A stretch of DNA of 64,000 nt from Eledone cirrhosa (taxonomy: Eukaryota). The position numbers and the translations under genes were made by a program. Shown one piece after another: positions 19,440-33,370 of the stretch. Below the pieces are notes generated by a model, which was given only the letters and a program-made list of their open reading frames with translations, ran no database searches and was not told the DNA's origin. The first letter of the stretch is position 1, and every line of letters starts with the position of its first letter. Location: the NCBI GenBank assembly GCA_964016885.1, contig CAXHJY010000608.1, forward strand, positions 1-64,000, given 5' to 3'.

Positions 19440-19900
19440 GGGAACGTGTCTCACACATCTGCCAAGGAAGGGCCTCGGAAATATAGTCTAAATTTCATCC
19501 AGTCAGCTTAGTTCTTTGGCCAAAAACTGTGACTGTCAGGAGCTTCGTCATAACGTCGAAAACACGGAAACAAATAAATAAATAGACAAGCTGAAATAGA
19601 CGACTATCATACTATATAAGTAACTTAAGTAGACGTATCTCAGCGTCGAACATCTCTTATAAGCAGTGAGCTAAGGCACTAAAAGGCTGACCTCGTTCTG
19701 AACAGGCTTCAGTTAAAGAGGGTGATAAACGCTACATCATCTTCTGGAGCGGCTACTATGCGTGTTGACATTAACAACATGATTTTGGCCTTACTGAGGA
19801 ACAATCTGCTGTCGGAGGTTGATCATGCCTCAAACTATGTCCTAGTGTCAACTTACACCCCTCAGTTCTTTTCAGCGAGAGCTGTTTAGATACCTTCTTC
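19440..19900 (+). mobile_element. Highly decayed RTE-BovB-like LINE, apurinic endonuclease region
   Basis: PRSEQASVKEGDKRYIIFWSG (~19690-19755) resembles RTE APE TRLA..G.LKE...YTFFWSG; LVSTYTP resembles IVSAYAP. Confidence 0.55.
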
Positions 19901-20332
19901 ACTGCTTACTCCTTATTCAGGATTGATTCTCCTCCTACTCACTTCAAAACGCCTATGGTTCCATTGGCGCAACGAAGGTGACAAACTGCGAACTCTGGAC
20001 TGCAAACAACGCCCGGCAATGTTCTATCCGACCCTCGAAACATTCTACGAATTCTAAGGAAAAGTGTGAAAACTTTGGAAGCTCTGTCAAACTGAAATCT
20101 CTAGGATCACTTATTATCTCAAGATATGAACGGTCTACTCTCCTTTCCTCATTTCCACAAATAATGAAACAATTGTATTTAAGATTTTGATTTTGTTAAA
20201 TGTTACATTTTTATACATTTTTTGCACTTCATAACCTTCAAGATCTGGTCTTTCTTTGTTTCATCATCTTGTTTTGTTTTATTATGCTGCTTTTCTTTGC
20301 TTCATTTTCTACTCATTATCAGGCGTGGCCAA

Positions 20333-20669
20333 TGGAGTCGATAAAATAAAGTACCAGTAATGCACTGGGTATTTGCTGGCCTTGTGCCAAAAGTAGAAGC
20401 AATTATTATTATTCATTTATGGTTTAAGTTCATATCTCGTCGAGGTTAACTCTGCCTTTCATCCTTACGGTGTCGATAAAATAAAGTACTAGTAATGTAC
20501 TGGTTAATTGCTGGCCTTGTGCCAAAAGTAGAAACAATTATTATTATTTATTTTCAAATCCCGCCGAGGTTAACTTTGCCTTTCATCCTCACGGTGTCGT
20601 TAAAATAAAGTACCAGTAATACACTGGTTAATTGCTGGCCTTGTGCCAAAAGTAGAAACAATTATTATT
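20333..20669 (+). mobile_element. Tandem trimer of Deu/Nin-like SINE 3' halves
   Basis: Three head-to-tail units (~120 bp period), each ending GTAGAA(A/G)CAATTATTATT. Confidence 0.88.
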
Positions 20670-20929
20670 CATTTTCTAGCATCGAAACAAAATTTTATAA
20701 AATTCACAATATATTTTTAACGTTGCCAATTGTCTGTGTAACGTGTGTGATCCGACCAAAAATATTATTTTCCTTCTCAACAGTATACTTTCTATATCGA
20801 TCTATCTATTCACCTATCTATCTATCTATTTATATATTTGTTTATTTATCTGTCTATTTGTCTGTCTTTCTGTCTGTATGGATGTATCTCTTTCTCTTTC
20901 TCTTATTATTTTGTATGTTCTTTAAAATT

Positions 20930-21033
<104 letters not shown>

Positions 21034-21832
21034 TGCACTCTCTCCACATATTTTCATAAAATATATTTTTATTCGTGAAATGTTTATTTTTTTAAATTTT
21101 TGATGAATTGTTATTTTGTTATATGTATAAACACATCTTACGTTTTTTCGCCGCAGGTAATGTCTTGAAATTGAATAAATTTCATGGATAACTACGTTGC
21201 TATTGATGATTTATTTAACAGTTGAGAAGACATGTTGGTGTGTAGACTGATTGGTGTTGTGTTAAGTGGTTGGTGAATGAAGTGTTTGGTGTGAGAAGTG
21301 ATTGGTGGGAACACTGGCTGGTTTGTAGAATGGTTGATGTGTACTGTGTTTACTATGTGTAATCATTGATATACAGGCGGTTTAATATTATGTGCAGGCA
21401 TTCATGTTGTGTTCATTGGATGGAGTGTAGAGTTGGTAATGTAGAGACTGATGTTGAGTGGTTTACGTGTGGTGTAGTAGCTGGTGAATATGGAATTATT
21501 GGTTTGTGTGTATGTTGATTCGTTTAGGTCTGGCGTGGTATGTATATATTTATGTGTGTAGACAAATAAATGTACAGTATGGTGTGTGTGTGGGTGTAGA
21601 ATTGTTAATATCCAATATAATCTATGTGGATAGAGCTAGTGAATGTGTGTTTTAGTGTGTGTGCGTGCATGTGTGCGCGCAAATATGTGTATGTGCGTGA
21701 GTATAAGCTATTTGGATCGCCTGTGTAAAGTCTGATCGTTACAATGACTAAGTTGGTTGAACACTTAGAACTAATAAGTCAGCAAGTTATTTATTGTGGT
21801 TTATAAATTTGATTGATTGCTATGTTGTGAAG

Positions 21833-22120
21833 CCGCATAGTGTTGTTGATAGGGTCTTTGGCTCACGAGCGTCAGGGGGTGAGTTCGATTCCTGATTATA
21901 GGTTGTCCTTGAGGAAGACACTTTACTTCACGTAGCTACAGTCCATTCAGCTGTCAAAAAAGAGCTGTGCCTGTTGTTCAAATAGCCAGCCTTGTCAAAC
22001 TCAGTATCACACTGAATCTCTCCGAGAACTATGTTAAGGGTATACGTGTCTGTGGAATACTCACCCACTTGTACATTAATTAACTATTGGAACACACATC
22101 GGTAACCAACGGAAGTCCTA
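21833..22120 (+). mobile_element. CORE-type SINE with long tail, decayed
   Basis: B box GAGTTCGATTCC, CORE GTCCTTGAGGAAGACACTT; tail shared with 5955-6075. Confidence 0.7.
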
Positions 22121-23149
22121 TGCATGTGCAATTATAATGTTAGCTATTTGATAAGTTTTGAATAGATCTATGGCTTTGTTGCATTTGTGGCACTTGTTGC
22201 TATTGTTGTTATTGGTATTGATGGTTTTCTTGATGATGGTATTGGCACATCCATTCACGAGCTTTATACACATACATTATATAGGACACTAACTAGTCTA
22301 CAATCACACACAACATACCATTTATTAACTTGTCTAAACTCAAAAACACTCTTTAATGCAACTAGTCTACACACACAGCATATAATACACAAACGTGTCT
22401 ACACAGTTGGCCCATTGCATTATATGTAGGTCAGTGATATAACGAATCGTCGTAGTCTTTGTTATCGGTTTCGGTATGGTCCAACAGTTCCCAGCACGTT
22501 GTCAGGGACGCCTCAATGACTGCAAATGAATACTTACTGAGTAAACTCTCGAGTAATTTGTTAAAATATAATATGCATACGCAATTCGGTATTCATACTT
22601 TTTAAGTAGAAACATTCCTCTCGTTCGATTATTATTCTCGCGGACAAATCGGGATTTGCAAAGGTAGTACTAGGCGTCTATGAGCTAATTTCGCAATTTC
22701 AAGTAGTTTGTTAAAATAAAAATGCACTTACGGTATTTGTATCTATATTTCTATAAGTATCTACATTTCTGTCTTTCAATCATTATCTTTGCAATATAAG
22801 AATCTGAGAGAGAAGTAATTGTAGCAGCTTCAATAAAAAAGTTCTCAGGCAGTGAAAAGTTTGGTGACTACATATATAATCTTTGGTGTAAACATTTTGA
22901 AACATTGCAGTGGAAATAAAAGAACAGCATATATAAAATATTAATACATTTCCCAAATGTCTGCGAAGCTCTAAAATAAAGTTTCTTAAACTGGGACGAA
23001 TAACCTCTATCGAAAGGATTTCTAATCGAAAAGGAAAACTATAATTAGGGAGAAGTAGGTGATCTCATACAAAGTACCACTGAAATAACTGTGTTCATAG
23101 GTTAGTTAAATCATAAATAACAATATTGTCATAGTCAAATAACTATAGC

Positions 23150-23310
23150 CCATCAGAATAGCTAACGTTGGCAGCCAAAATCCCTTGAAATATCTATTTA
23201 ATGTTTTACAAACGGGATTACACATTGAATAATGTAGTCCTCTATAGGATGGTCATAGATGAATTATGTTTTGACCATGGGTCTGCGTAATCAGGAATGA
23301 TCTGTATTGA
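23150..23310 (+). repeat. Old interspersed repeat; related copies ~32070-32240 (-), ~55070-55275, ~55780-55910
   Basis: Shared motifs CTAGAAATAGCAGC-like, ACATTG.ATAATGTAGTCC, GGATGGTCAT; class unknown. Confidence 0.5.
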
Positions 23311-25714
23311 ACAGCATCAACATAGGGATAATAGTTATAGATCTCGTCAGTGTTAACCTCGTCACGATCACCATCATTATTATTGACATCACCGTCACTA
23401 TTACAAAATCTACCACCATTGACATTGCCAAAATCACCGTTGCCGCACCCAACACCTCCACCAACACCACCACTACAACCAGCACCACAAAATCACCACC
23501 ACAACAACAACAACCTCCACTACCAAAACCATCACCAACACCACCATCTTCTTCTTTCTACTCATTCCACTCCATATCGTCCACAGCACCACTACGATCA
23601 TCATCATCATTCAGAATGCCACCATTGTCAACGTCATCGCTCTTAACATTACCACCGTTTACAAAGATCTTCACATTTCTTCAACCCTTATTAGCGCGAA
23701 CCTATTCGCTGTTGTTTTCCGCATATTTGTATGCATGTCATCGCTATGGAAAAATTCTATACATTCCAATTAATACAATGTATCCTTCTTGGCGCATTCC
23801 TGGCTGCTAGTTTGATTAATAAATTACTGATGCATTAACACTGTTTTATTTCAATGCTAAACTCTAGAAGAGAATATATCGATAGATTTTTAAACAATAA
23901 TATATGCAATAGAGAGTTTTAAATCCAATACTAAACTCTATTACTGTACTATAGAATATATTTACAGATTGTTAGCCGTCTTTGTATGTGATAGATGGAT
24001 GGAAAACTCGCTGTCTTTACATAGAGTATCTTAGTGGACAGAAAACGATGCGTAAGCTGGATTAGTTGTAATTCCATCTGTCAAGAATGCGTTACATATG
24101 CAAATTGGTCAATCCGATTAACTTAAGTCATTAGCAATAGTAATTATATAAGCAGTGTCATAGTTAAAGAGGAACATTCGATAATTATGGAATTCCTAAA
24201 TAGGATTGAAATTTGTCCGACTGAAGGTATTGTATATAACAACAAGGTATTTATGTTTGCATATTACACCCAGTGTTGGTTTAAATCTACAAATTATTCT
24301 GTAGTACACAAATATAATGAAACAAAACTTTACTAACTTTACTATAATTTATATAAATTCGAAGTGCGTTTCGTGGGAGATGAGACTGCTATTTTTAACA
24401 GGCTAAACTGACATGGTAGAAGCTTTCTTGTACTATCACTGTACTACCACGTAAACAATGGAACACCACAGGGGCATAACTAAAAGCGTTCGTATTAATA
24501 TAATGAACGTGCAAAGGCAAATCAGAAAGGTAGATTCTATTTCTGTACTCAAATTATTCCAAGTGAATGGAATTCGGCAGAGTTAAACAATTGTAAAGTC
24601 CGTCGTACACACATACACAGAGACAGAGAGACACACATGAAGGCACAAAAACAGACATGCATTCACACACACACACAAATACACACATATAGGTATGTGA
24701 GTCTATAAGCGTGTGTCCAATGATGTATACATGCAGGTATATGTAGGTATGCGTCTGTTGTTTTTGTCGTTTGTCTATATTATTTCTCCTAAGTTAGGAA
24801 TTTCACAACAGGGGATCCATAATTTTAGTTCCAGACACAATAAATATGTGGCCTATATATGCATACATACACTCACACACACACACACACACACGCACAT
24901 TTGTATATATATACATTATTGGACACACAGACATACACACATACAGATAATACACAGCCACAAACAAAGACGTATATACACACACATACGTACACATAAA
25001 TAGAAACAAAAAGTCACCTATGTGCACCCGCATATAGATACACTCATGATAATAAACACACATAGTCGTACACATTCACATACATAGAAACTACAGAAAA
25101 GCCCATACACACACACTCACATGTACACACACAAAAAAAAAAACAACCTAAAAACACACTGATATACACACTCATACCAGTGTGCATACGTTAACTTTAT
25201 AACACTGGGACATCCACGTGGTCACACATACACATAGAGTGAAGCCACCCACACCTACCAATTTCTTCCCTTCAGTACGCACACACACACACCACCCATG
25301 CCACCTCCTCCTTTTCCGAACTTGTCTGAAGAAATAATTCTGTCTGAAACGTTGAAACCTACTCCACTTTCTCTAAGCGTGAACCTAATATAATAGTGTA
25401 ATTTTACTTCCTGAGTTTGGATTTGCTCCATTTTTAACGACATTATACATACATTGTAAATGCGTTCGCGGTCCGTTTAACAGCCATACATTGACGCGCC
25501 GAGTGTGAAGCGGAAGGTCCATCTCTGAAGGTAATCTCCTGAAGCCGAGGAAAAACGTATTTCAGGTAATAGTCCGTATGAATGGCAACCAGATTGCCTT
25601 AAGAACTGTTGATAACGAACCTACCGCGTCTTGTGCAAATGCAAGGAGACTCTCCCAGCTGCCAACTGTAGAGCACCCAACGAACATCGATCCGCTTAAC
25701 GACCTTACATTGCC

Positions 25715-25840
25715 GCACCAATTGTCAAGGGAAAGGTTCTTAGCTGAAGGGTTCACCTTAAACCGTAAACAAAATGTGTTTCAGTGTGGGAAGTGACGTA
25801 ATGCAGACAGCTAGCCATACAGACAGATATTATAAAGGCG
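25715..25840 (+). promoter_or_regulatory. Candidate promoter/enhancer motif cluster
   Basis: CCAAT 25718, forkhead GTAAACA 25765, ETS/CRE-like GGAAGTGACGTAAT 25789-25802, TATAAA 25831, in CpG-retaining non-repetitive DNA. Confidence 0.3.
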
Positions 25841-26099
25841 CTACGTTATATGTATGTCTCTATCTAAAAAGAGAAAGACTAAGAATTATAGAGAGAGATC
25901 GCTAAATCGTCTAATGCGGTCCCTAAGGCATTGAAAATTTTGCTCAGAACACTCCCTAAAACATGTGTAAAGTTTGAAAACAGTCTCGAGTTTTAGGGAT
26001 TCAAACTCACACACACAGACAGACATCCTCAGTTTTATGTATATAGATATAGGGAGAGAGTAGAAGAAATAGGAAGAAATCCCAGACATCAAGAAAGTG

Positions 26100-26146
<47 letters not shown>

Positions 26147-26757
26147 GGGCTGAGAGAGAGAGAGATAAAATATAGATAAGTGTATGGTGAATTTCATGAA
26201 GTGTAGTTCAGTGTATTACTTTATATCAGCTAATACAATATATCGACAGCAGAGAAATGCATGTCAATTTTTCGTGAAACAAGACGGGGATTTGTACTTA
26301 AAATGAAGGAGGTATCGATCGATCAAACACACCTACTAAACTGCCTGCTCTTGACTTTTCCGTCATCTTTATATATATGTATATATATATATATATGAAT
26401 CGATAAACATTGCATACAGCGAAAATGCCACAGTAATTGCATCTTAAACACTATTGACATGTAAACTACACACATGTTTATTATCTCAATTTTTCTTGTA
26501 TTGTTCTATTCGATAAACAATAATACATATATATATATAAAAAATGGAAAATTCGAAGTTCGGTGCAGATGTTAAAGAGGCTTTTATTCACAAAGCTATG
26601 ATACATATTTCAATGAGAATCGTGGTTACGTGATTGTTCCATAAAGTAAACGGTGACGCGATCTCATCCGACTGCATCATTACGTTTCCGAGGCAAACCA
26701 ATGAGGGACAAGGGCAGTGCAAAGGTGGTGTTTTAATAGCCGATGTCCGCTCCCTCA

Positions 26758-26807
<50 letters not shown>

Positions 26808-27174
26808 TACCCCCTCGTTATCGAGTATCGCCATTGCACGATATACCATTATTAAAAATTATTAAGTAATTATATCGTGCAATGCCTGTGCCTGAAGATT
26901 TTTTTTAAAGTGAGGAAAGACTGTGTATATATATACATACATCTATATGTACATATATACATATATGTCAGTGTGTGTATAGATATATATATGTAAGATG
27001 TTATTAATTTAATACTAACTATATTCTCCTTATTTATTCATACATTAAAAAAGGTGGAGTGTAGTTATTTGAAACAAGTCTTTACGATGAAGCTTAAACG
27101 TTTCAACGAAATGAAAGGGAATTAGTGAGGAAGAGAAAGAGAGAGAGCTACAGAGATAAGAGTATTTTTGTGTG

Positions 27175-27229
<55 letters not shown>

Positions 27230-27731
27230 CGTCACATTGATGAAAACTTGTTTTGGATTCGAGTTTGCGTATTTCACATTCCTGGAAATAAGCTATTTTT
27301 TTAATCACTGCTATGGCTCAATTTAGTTAGATATCATTTTTCTGCTAGATTATGAAAAATATACTTAACGTGAGACAAGTCAACCAGCTGATCCTATAAA
27401 CACAACACTTTACGTTTAAGTATAGAAAAGCAGATCCTCTAGTATGAATGTGTGTATACGTACGCAATGTGACCCAAGGAGGGATGGTCGTGAGGGTATC
27501 TGTGTATGGTTCGTGAATGCATTGACACACAAAACTTAGCCCAAGCTTGATACATACTACTAAATCATACTCGATCACGAGTGACGAATTTATATACACA
27601 TAGTTATATATGTATAAGCGTACGTTCGTATGTTTATATATATGTATGAATGAATGAATGCATATGCATGCATGTGTGTAGTTCTGTATATATATTTTAA
27701 AAATGTATATAAATATACCTATGTAGGTATG

Positions 27732-27804
<73 letters not shown>

Positions 27805-29004
27805 GTAAATAGAGTATATGTTATATATGTATAACCATACATACAGATGAAGCATACCATAACCGAAACTTCGATGTCACTGCCAAATTTTACCATGTAT
27901 ATAATATATACATACGCTCACACGCACGCGCACACACACACACACAAACATATATATATATATGTATATATACATTTGTGTGCGTATAATATACATACAC
28001 ACCTATTTAAATTTAGGTTTCTGTGTGTAATACTGTACTTAATTTTTTGTATATGATGATATGTATATATGTCTCATAGAATAAGCCTCCACGTTTAGAT
28101 TCTCTCATTCTTATCTCGGAATGAGTGTCTAGCTTTCAAGAGCCGCTGTGTGTATATATAAACGCATGTAATAAAAAGAAAAGAAAGCTGGAATCTAGAG
28201 AAATTGTTTGTAACGTAAATAATATCTATTGAACGTATTCCATACAAAAGTGCTCAAGTGTTATAACCACTAATTCTCTCTGACAGTGCTTGACTAGTCA
28301 TCTATTGAACTTCCAATGATTGGCCTAACTAAGGAGGTCAATTGATTTATTCTAAAAGGCGTTAGCCGAAATAAAAGCCTAGAAAAACGAAAATAATAGA
28401 GAAGGAAACAAAAAGATTTGCTAAGCGTATTTTACGGGTATTTTTTATGCATGTAGCTATATTTTTTAGTTATATATATTTGTTTATATGTACGGTTATA
28501 TATTTGGCTTTCCCTTATATGACAGTGATGCAGCTTCAAGCCACATGTATGCATGTATAGACGATAAGGTCAACAGATAGTGTATATGAAAAACAAAACG
28601 AGAAAACTAAATCATGAAAAATAAAACTAACGGACTATTTCATGTTGATTTGATCGTAACAATTAAGAATATTTGAAGTGAAAGGATTTTTTTCCGCGAG
28701 ACGTTCACGTCCTCAAAAACATCCTTGACGCCATCATAGCTATATATATACATATATATTCGATAAAAATGTCATTTCATCAATACGATTAGCTTAGGAT
28801 AATAGTAATGTCTTTTGTTTGATACATTTTATGCCTTCTTTATTATATCTTGCAATTTTCTACTGCGTGTTTTGTGTATATACATATATATGTGTGTGTA
28901 TGTGTGTGTGTGTGTGTGTGTATGTATGTGTGTGTTTGTATATATATATGTATACATGTATATACATATATATATATATATGTGTGTGTGTATGTGTGTG
29001 TGTT

Positions 29005-29060
<56 letters not shown>

Positions 29061-29087
29061 TATAGATATAGATATATACATAATACA

Positions 29088-29156
<69 letters not shown>

Positions 29157-29678
29157 CATGCATATATATGCGTATGTATACACATACGTACACACATACA
29201 TACATAAATATATTTCTAGTTTATAAATTCGATTTTCTCTCCACATCTTCCCCTTTGTTCTTTTTAGTTGTAATTGTTAATCGTGAAAATATATAAATCA
29301 AAATAAAGAATACCAAACTGCACAAAACCATAACACAAATATTCCTCCTTTATCAATCCACCAATATTAATCCTTGATGGACGACGGCAATATGAAGTAA
29401 AAAGAAAACAAAAAAAAACATTAAAATGCGTATAAATATAAAAGAGGAAGCTGCGGTTTAAGCTGTTTCCGATTGTGAGTAGCAAAAGATATCTTAAGTA
29501 TTGCAATTGCAGATTTGTATAAGCTGAGTATAGAAAAAAAGATGAAGCCTAACAAAAACATAAAAAGAAGGGAAAAAATATGTATGAAAGAAAATGAGTA
29601 ATGTATTGTGTAGGGGATGGAGAGAGTTCTATAATCTATCTATGTATCTATCTATCGATTATTACAGTATATATATAT

Positions 29679-29838
29679 AACGAAGGAAGTGTGGTAAGGA
29701 ACCTGGTCAACTATAACGAACCAGAGTACTCCATACTTAATTGTAGTAGAGTCGGTAATAGTAAAAGAGTCAGGACCCCGACGGCTGTGCTCCGGACGTT
29801 TCGACGGCTAGATCTGAACTCAGATCTAGCTGTCGAAT
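29679..29838 (+). mobile_element. (TA)n-inserted fold-back element, copy 1 (right arm truncated)
   Basis: Leader AACGAAGGAAGTGTGGTAAGGAACC.. then AAAAGAGTCAGGACCCCGACGGC..TTTCGACGGCTAGATCTGAACTCAGATCTAGCTGTCGAA. Confidence 0.8.
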
Positions 29839-30096
29839 TTCATTGCATTTTCTAGCAACAGATCGAACGAATACCAAATACTCATTCCCACGTTCGATAA
29901 TTAGTATTCAATAGTATAGTAGAGATTAAAAATGTGTTTAACGTGATCCAGAGTGTTGTTACGCTGGAGTTTTCCCTCATTCCTGCATGTTCCTGCATGT
30001 TCAGAAGAAACTCCTGATTAAGAAGCCAATGGATAAAATGAAATATACACACACCTAAACACACACAAAACAGACATACACACATATATGTATGCA

Positions 30097-30143
<47 letters not shown>

Positions 30144-30169
30144 ATATATATATGCACACACATATATAT

Positions 30170-30280
30170 CTAAGGCGGGTAAAATTCCCGAGATCCATGG
30201 ACGAGTTCTCTCCAGCGGTCTCTGTCCCTCATTATCGCTGCCATGTCCTGCATCTCCAACAGACCAGTGTCTGTCCTTAG

Positions 30281-30284
<4 letters not shown>
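30170..30284 (-). mobile_element. RTE-type LINE 3' stub (same family as 52785-53100)
   Basis: Near-identical reverse complement of 52985-53097. Confidence 0.85.
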
Positions 30285-30333
<49 letters not shown>

Positions 30334-31434
30334 CGTACGTACGTATAATTATTTATAGATTTGTAAGCGGGTCTTTTTTTTTACGTATTTCATCGTTAAT
30401 TAAAATGTTGAAGTGCCTGACCTACGTTTCGCTCTTTGCTTGTGTAGAACCTTTATCGGAATGAATCTCAATCACTTACCATCCACGTAGTACGTTGTTA
30501 CTAAAGATTTCATATATCCATTAATTGTGTCAGGTATAAAGAACTGGATCTACGAATTTATAAATTTCGAGTCTATACGTTCGTAGCTAAATTAATTATA
30601 TATTTAGTTGTGCACTAAATATTTGAAATGTACTACTAATATCAATCGGTAAATGATCGGAAGCTATGAGATGTATTTGCAAACACTCAGACATTTATAT
30701 ATGAAAGTATAAAAAAGAAGAAAAAACGCAGCAGAGTGTAAGAGACGTGAGAGTGAACTGTGGATACAGATTGTACGGACACATATAAAAAATCCAAAAG
30801 TAACTATAAGAAGAAAGGTAGTAAAGATCAGTGAATGATAAGTGTCCTGTAAAAGCGCTAGAAAAGTCGAACATAGAAAAGGATAAATGAATATATTGAA
30901 TGTTGTTAACATTAGAATGATTTTGTTAATATTTCTCTTACACAGAAAAGGAAGATGAGCTAAAAATAAAAAAAAATAGTAGCAGAGAATTTACTGATTA
31001 TTATCATCAATATTGATCTCTTGCATTGGCATTAGTCCAATAAGACTCTATGGCGTATTCATGTATACTTGTATATATATATATGTGTGTGTGTGTGTTT
31101 ATGTGTGTGTTTGTATCTATCTATTTATCTATCTCTACATATATGCATACATGTATAGTAACATGGAAATCATGTTTTCATTTGTCTTTGCCTTATTTAT
31201 CCCCTATTTCAGCCGCAACCGCTGGCAGAAGATTCGCGTCTTTTCCAATGACTCAGGCGGGCGTTGAAGTCAGAAAGAAATGGGACAGACGGACCAAATA
31301 TTACAAACCTTATTTTCTGATTGCCCTAACAAATCTGCCAACTCACCTCGGGTATATGTATACACACTTACTCTCTCTCACAGACACGTATATAAAACGG
31401 GGTTTAACCTCAGGACGTACAGATTCATAAGTAA

Positions 31435-31626
31435 ATAATTGTTTCTATTTTAGGCACAAGGCCAGCAATTACCCAGTACATTACTGGTACTTTATTTTAT
31501 CGACCCCGTAAGGATGAAAGGCAAAGTTAACCTCGGCGGGATGTGAACTCAGATCATAAAGGGACGTAACTCTATGCTTCAAAGCATGGTGTCCGACTCT
31601 CTACCAATACTGCCAATCCACCGCTC
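31435..31626 (-). mobile_element. Deu/Nin-like SINE, full length (subfamily A)
   Basis: Head, boxes, central domain and tail all present. Confidence 0.9.
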
Positions 31627-31639
31627 TCATAAGTAAATA

Positions 31640-31848
31640 GTGTTTACTACTTACAACACAAGGCTAGTATTTTGTAAGGAAATGGAAAGTCGACCCCAGT
31701 GCGTTACTGGCACTTTATTTTATCGACCCCATGAGGATAAAAGTTAAAGCTTACCTCGGTGAGATTTGAATTCAGAACGGAAAGATAGGTAAATATAAAG
31801 CATAAAGCATATTGTGCAACGCTCTACCGATACTGTAAATCCATTGCA
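31640..31848 (-). mobile_element. Deu/Nin-like SINE, older copy
   Basis: Diverged copy directly adjacent to the 31435 copy. Confidence 0.75.
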
Positions 31849-32961
31849 TACTGTTATATAATAAAATACTCTGCAACAAAATAGGCAATGTATAATTTGA
31901 GGCTAACTATTCCAGTTGCCATTGTTACCCGGTGGAAGCTTTTAATCCGTAAGAACTCTTATTGTTGTTATTGTTGATAAAATAATGAACCAGTCAAATA
32001 TGGGGTTGATTTAATCGTCTTAGTCTTCCGCTCAAAAGTTCTAGACATGTGCCTTAATTAGAATTCTTTGTTGTTGAAATTCATTCGACTATAACCAAGA
32101 AATTGATCATAGATCAGCCAACCTTTCTCCTTTGTGCAATACTCCAACACTGGATTATCCCAATGTTTCATTATTCGCAAAGACGATAAGATGCTACTTG
32201 AAAGTGATTCAGCTGCTATTTCTAGCAGAGTGAGATCCTCTATTTGACTGCAACTAAGATTCGCATCGTTGCGTTGAAAAAACTTTGATTAACTGACATT
32301 AACTAAGTAAGCATACATAAAGACAATACTTTGGTTGTGTTAAAAATATGATATAAATAATTCCATTATATCAGTTGATCGAATGGTTTGGACAATCCTC
32401 CGGACCGACGCTCGGATCTCAAGTCCGACGCCAACGCTACAGCTCCATTGGGTTCTGGTCTTTAAATCAAACTTGTGAATACTGCGGATATACTTTCGTA
32501 TCATTTGAAAATTTACTGTCATTCAAAAATAAACATTATTTTAAAAACGCGCGCGATGAATGGTAAAATCGCTGGAATGTCATGCAGACCCACTTATACA
32601 TCTCAAAGTTCTTAGTTCAAATCCTGCTGTTGTGAACACTTTAACGTTTTATTTTTTCAGAGTTGATAACTTAAACTATTATATGAAGGAGTTGGGAAAT
32701 TGCGACTTTTAGTCTATCAGGAGAACATTTAATATTGTTTTCAATAATTTATTATGATGCCCCGAATATCGGGACACAATTTAATGCCAAAACAGCGTTG
32801 AATAAGAACAAAATTAGTTCAAATCATATTTTCTTGAATGTATTCTTATTCAAAATAAATAAGGTTACTTCAGTAGTCGAAGTTAGCCTAATTTATATAG
32901 CTATAATTGAATCTACAGATTACAGCATATAGATGTAGATAGACAGAGAGACAAGCAAAAT

Positions 32962-33030
<69 letters not shown>

Positions 33031-33070
33031 AATATAGATAGATAGATACGTAGATACATAGATAGATAGA
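32962..33070. repeat. (GATA)n array (further segments 33347-33372, 34783-34878, 34916-34927)
   Basis: Seen directly; the segments separate three LINE insertions. Confidence 0.95.
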
Positions 33071-33342
33071 TATGTTTCTTTATTAACCACAGGGGACAAA
33101 TACAAAGAAGGGGTCAAATACAAAGGAGGAAGTTTACATACAATAAAAACGTGTAAAATCACAAATACAATTTAAAAGTTAATCGATTTTCCCCAATAGG
33201 GGGAGACGTTACATATGGGTAACACATACCCCCGAAAAAATATGCAACCCTTATCTCCAGGAGTACGAAGAGTTTGTACCCCTTTCCTCTCCTCCTCTTT
33301 TTCCTCAACCTACAGGCTGATATAGAGAGAATGCCCATTCAC
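33071..33342 (-). mobile_element. Tx1/L1-like LINE 3' end, diverged subfamily
   Basis: Encodes VNGHSLYISL* versus VNGPSLYISL* in the large copy; 3'UTR alignable; ends AATAAAGAAACATA(TCTA)n. Confidence 0.85.
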
Positions 33343-33370
33343 TATAATAGATAGATAGATAGATAGATAG

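Noticed and set aside
20333-20669. CRISPR-like repeat/spacer appearance
   Set aside because: The units are SINE fragments without unique spacers; eukaryotic context and no cas genes.
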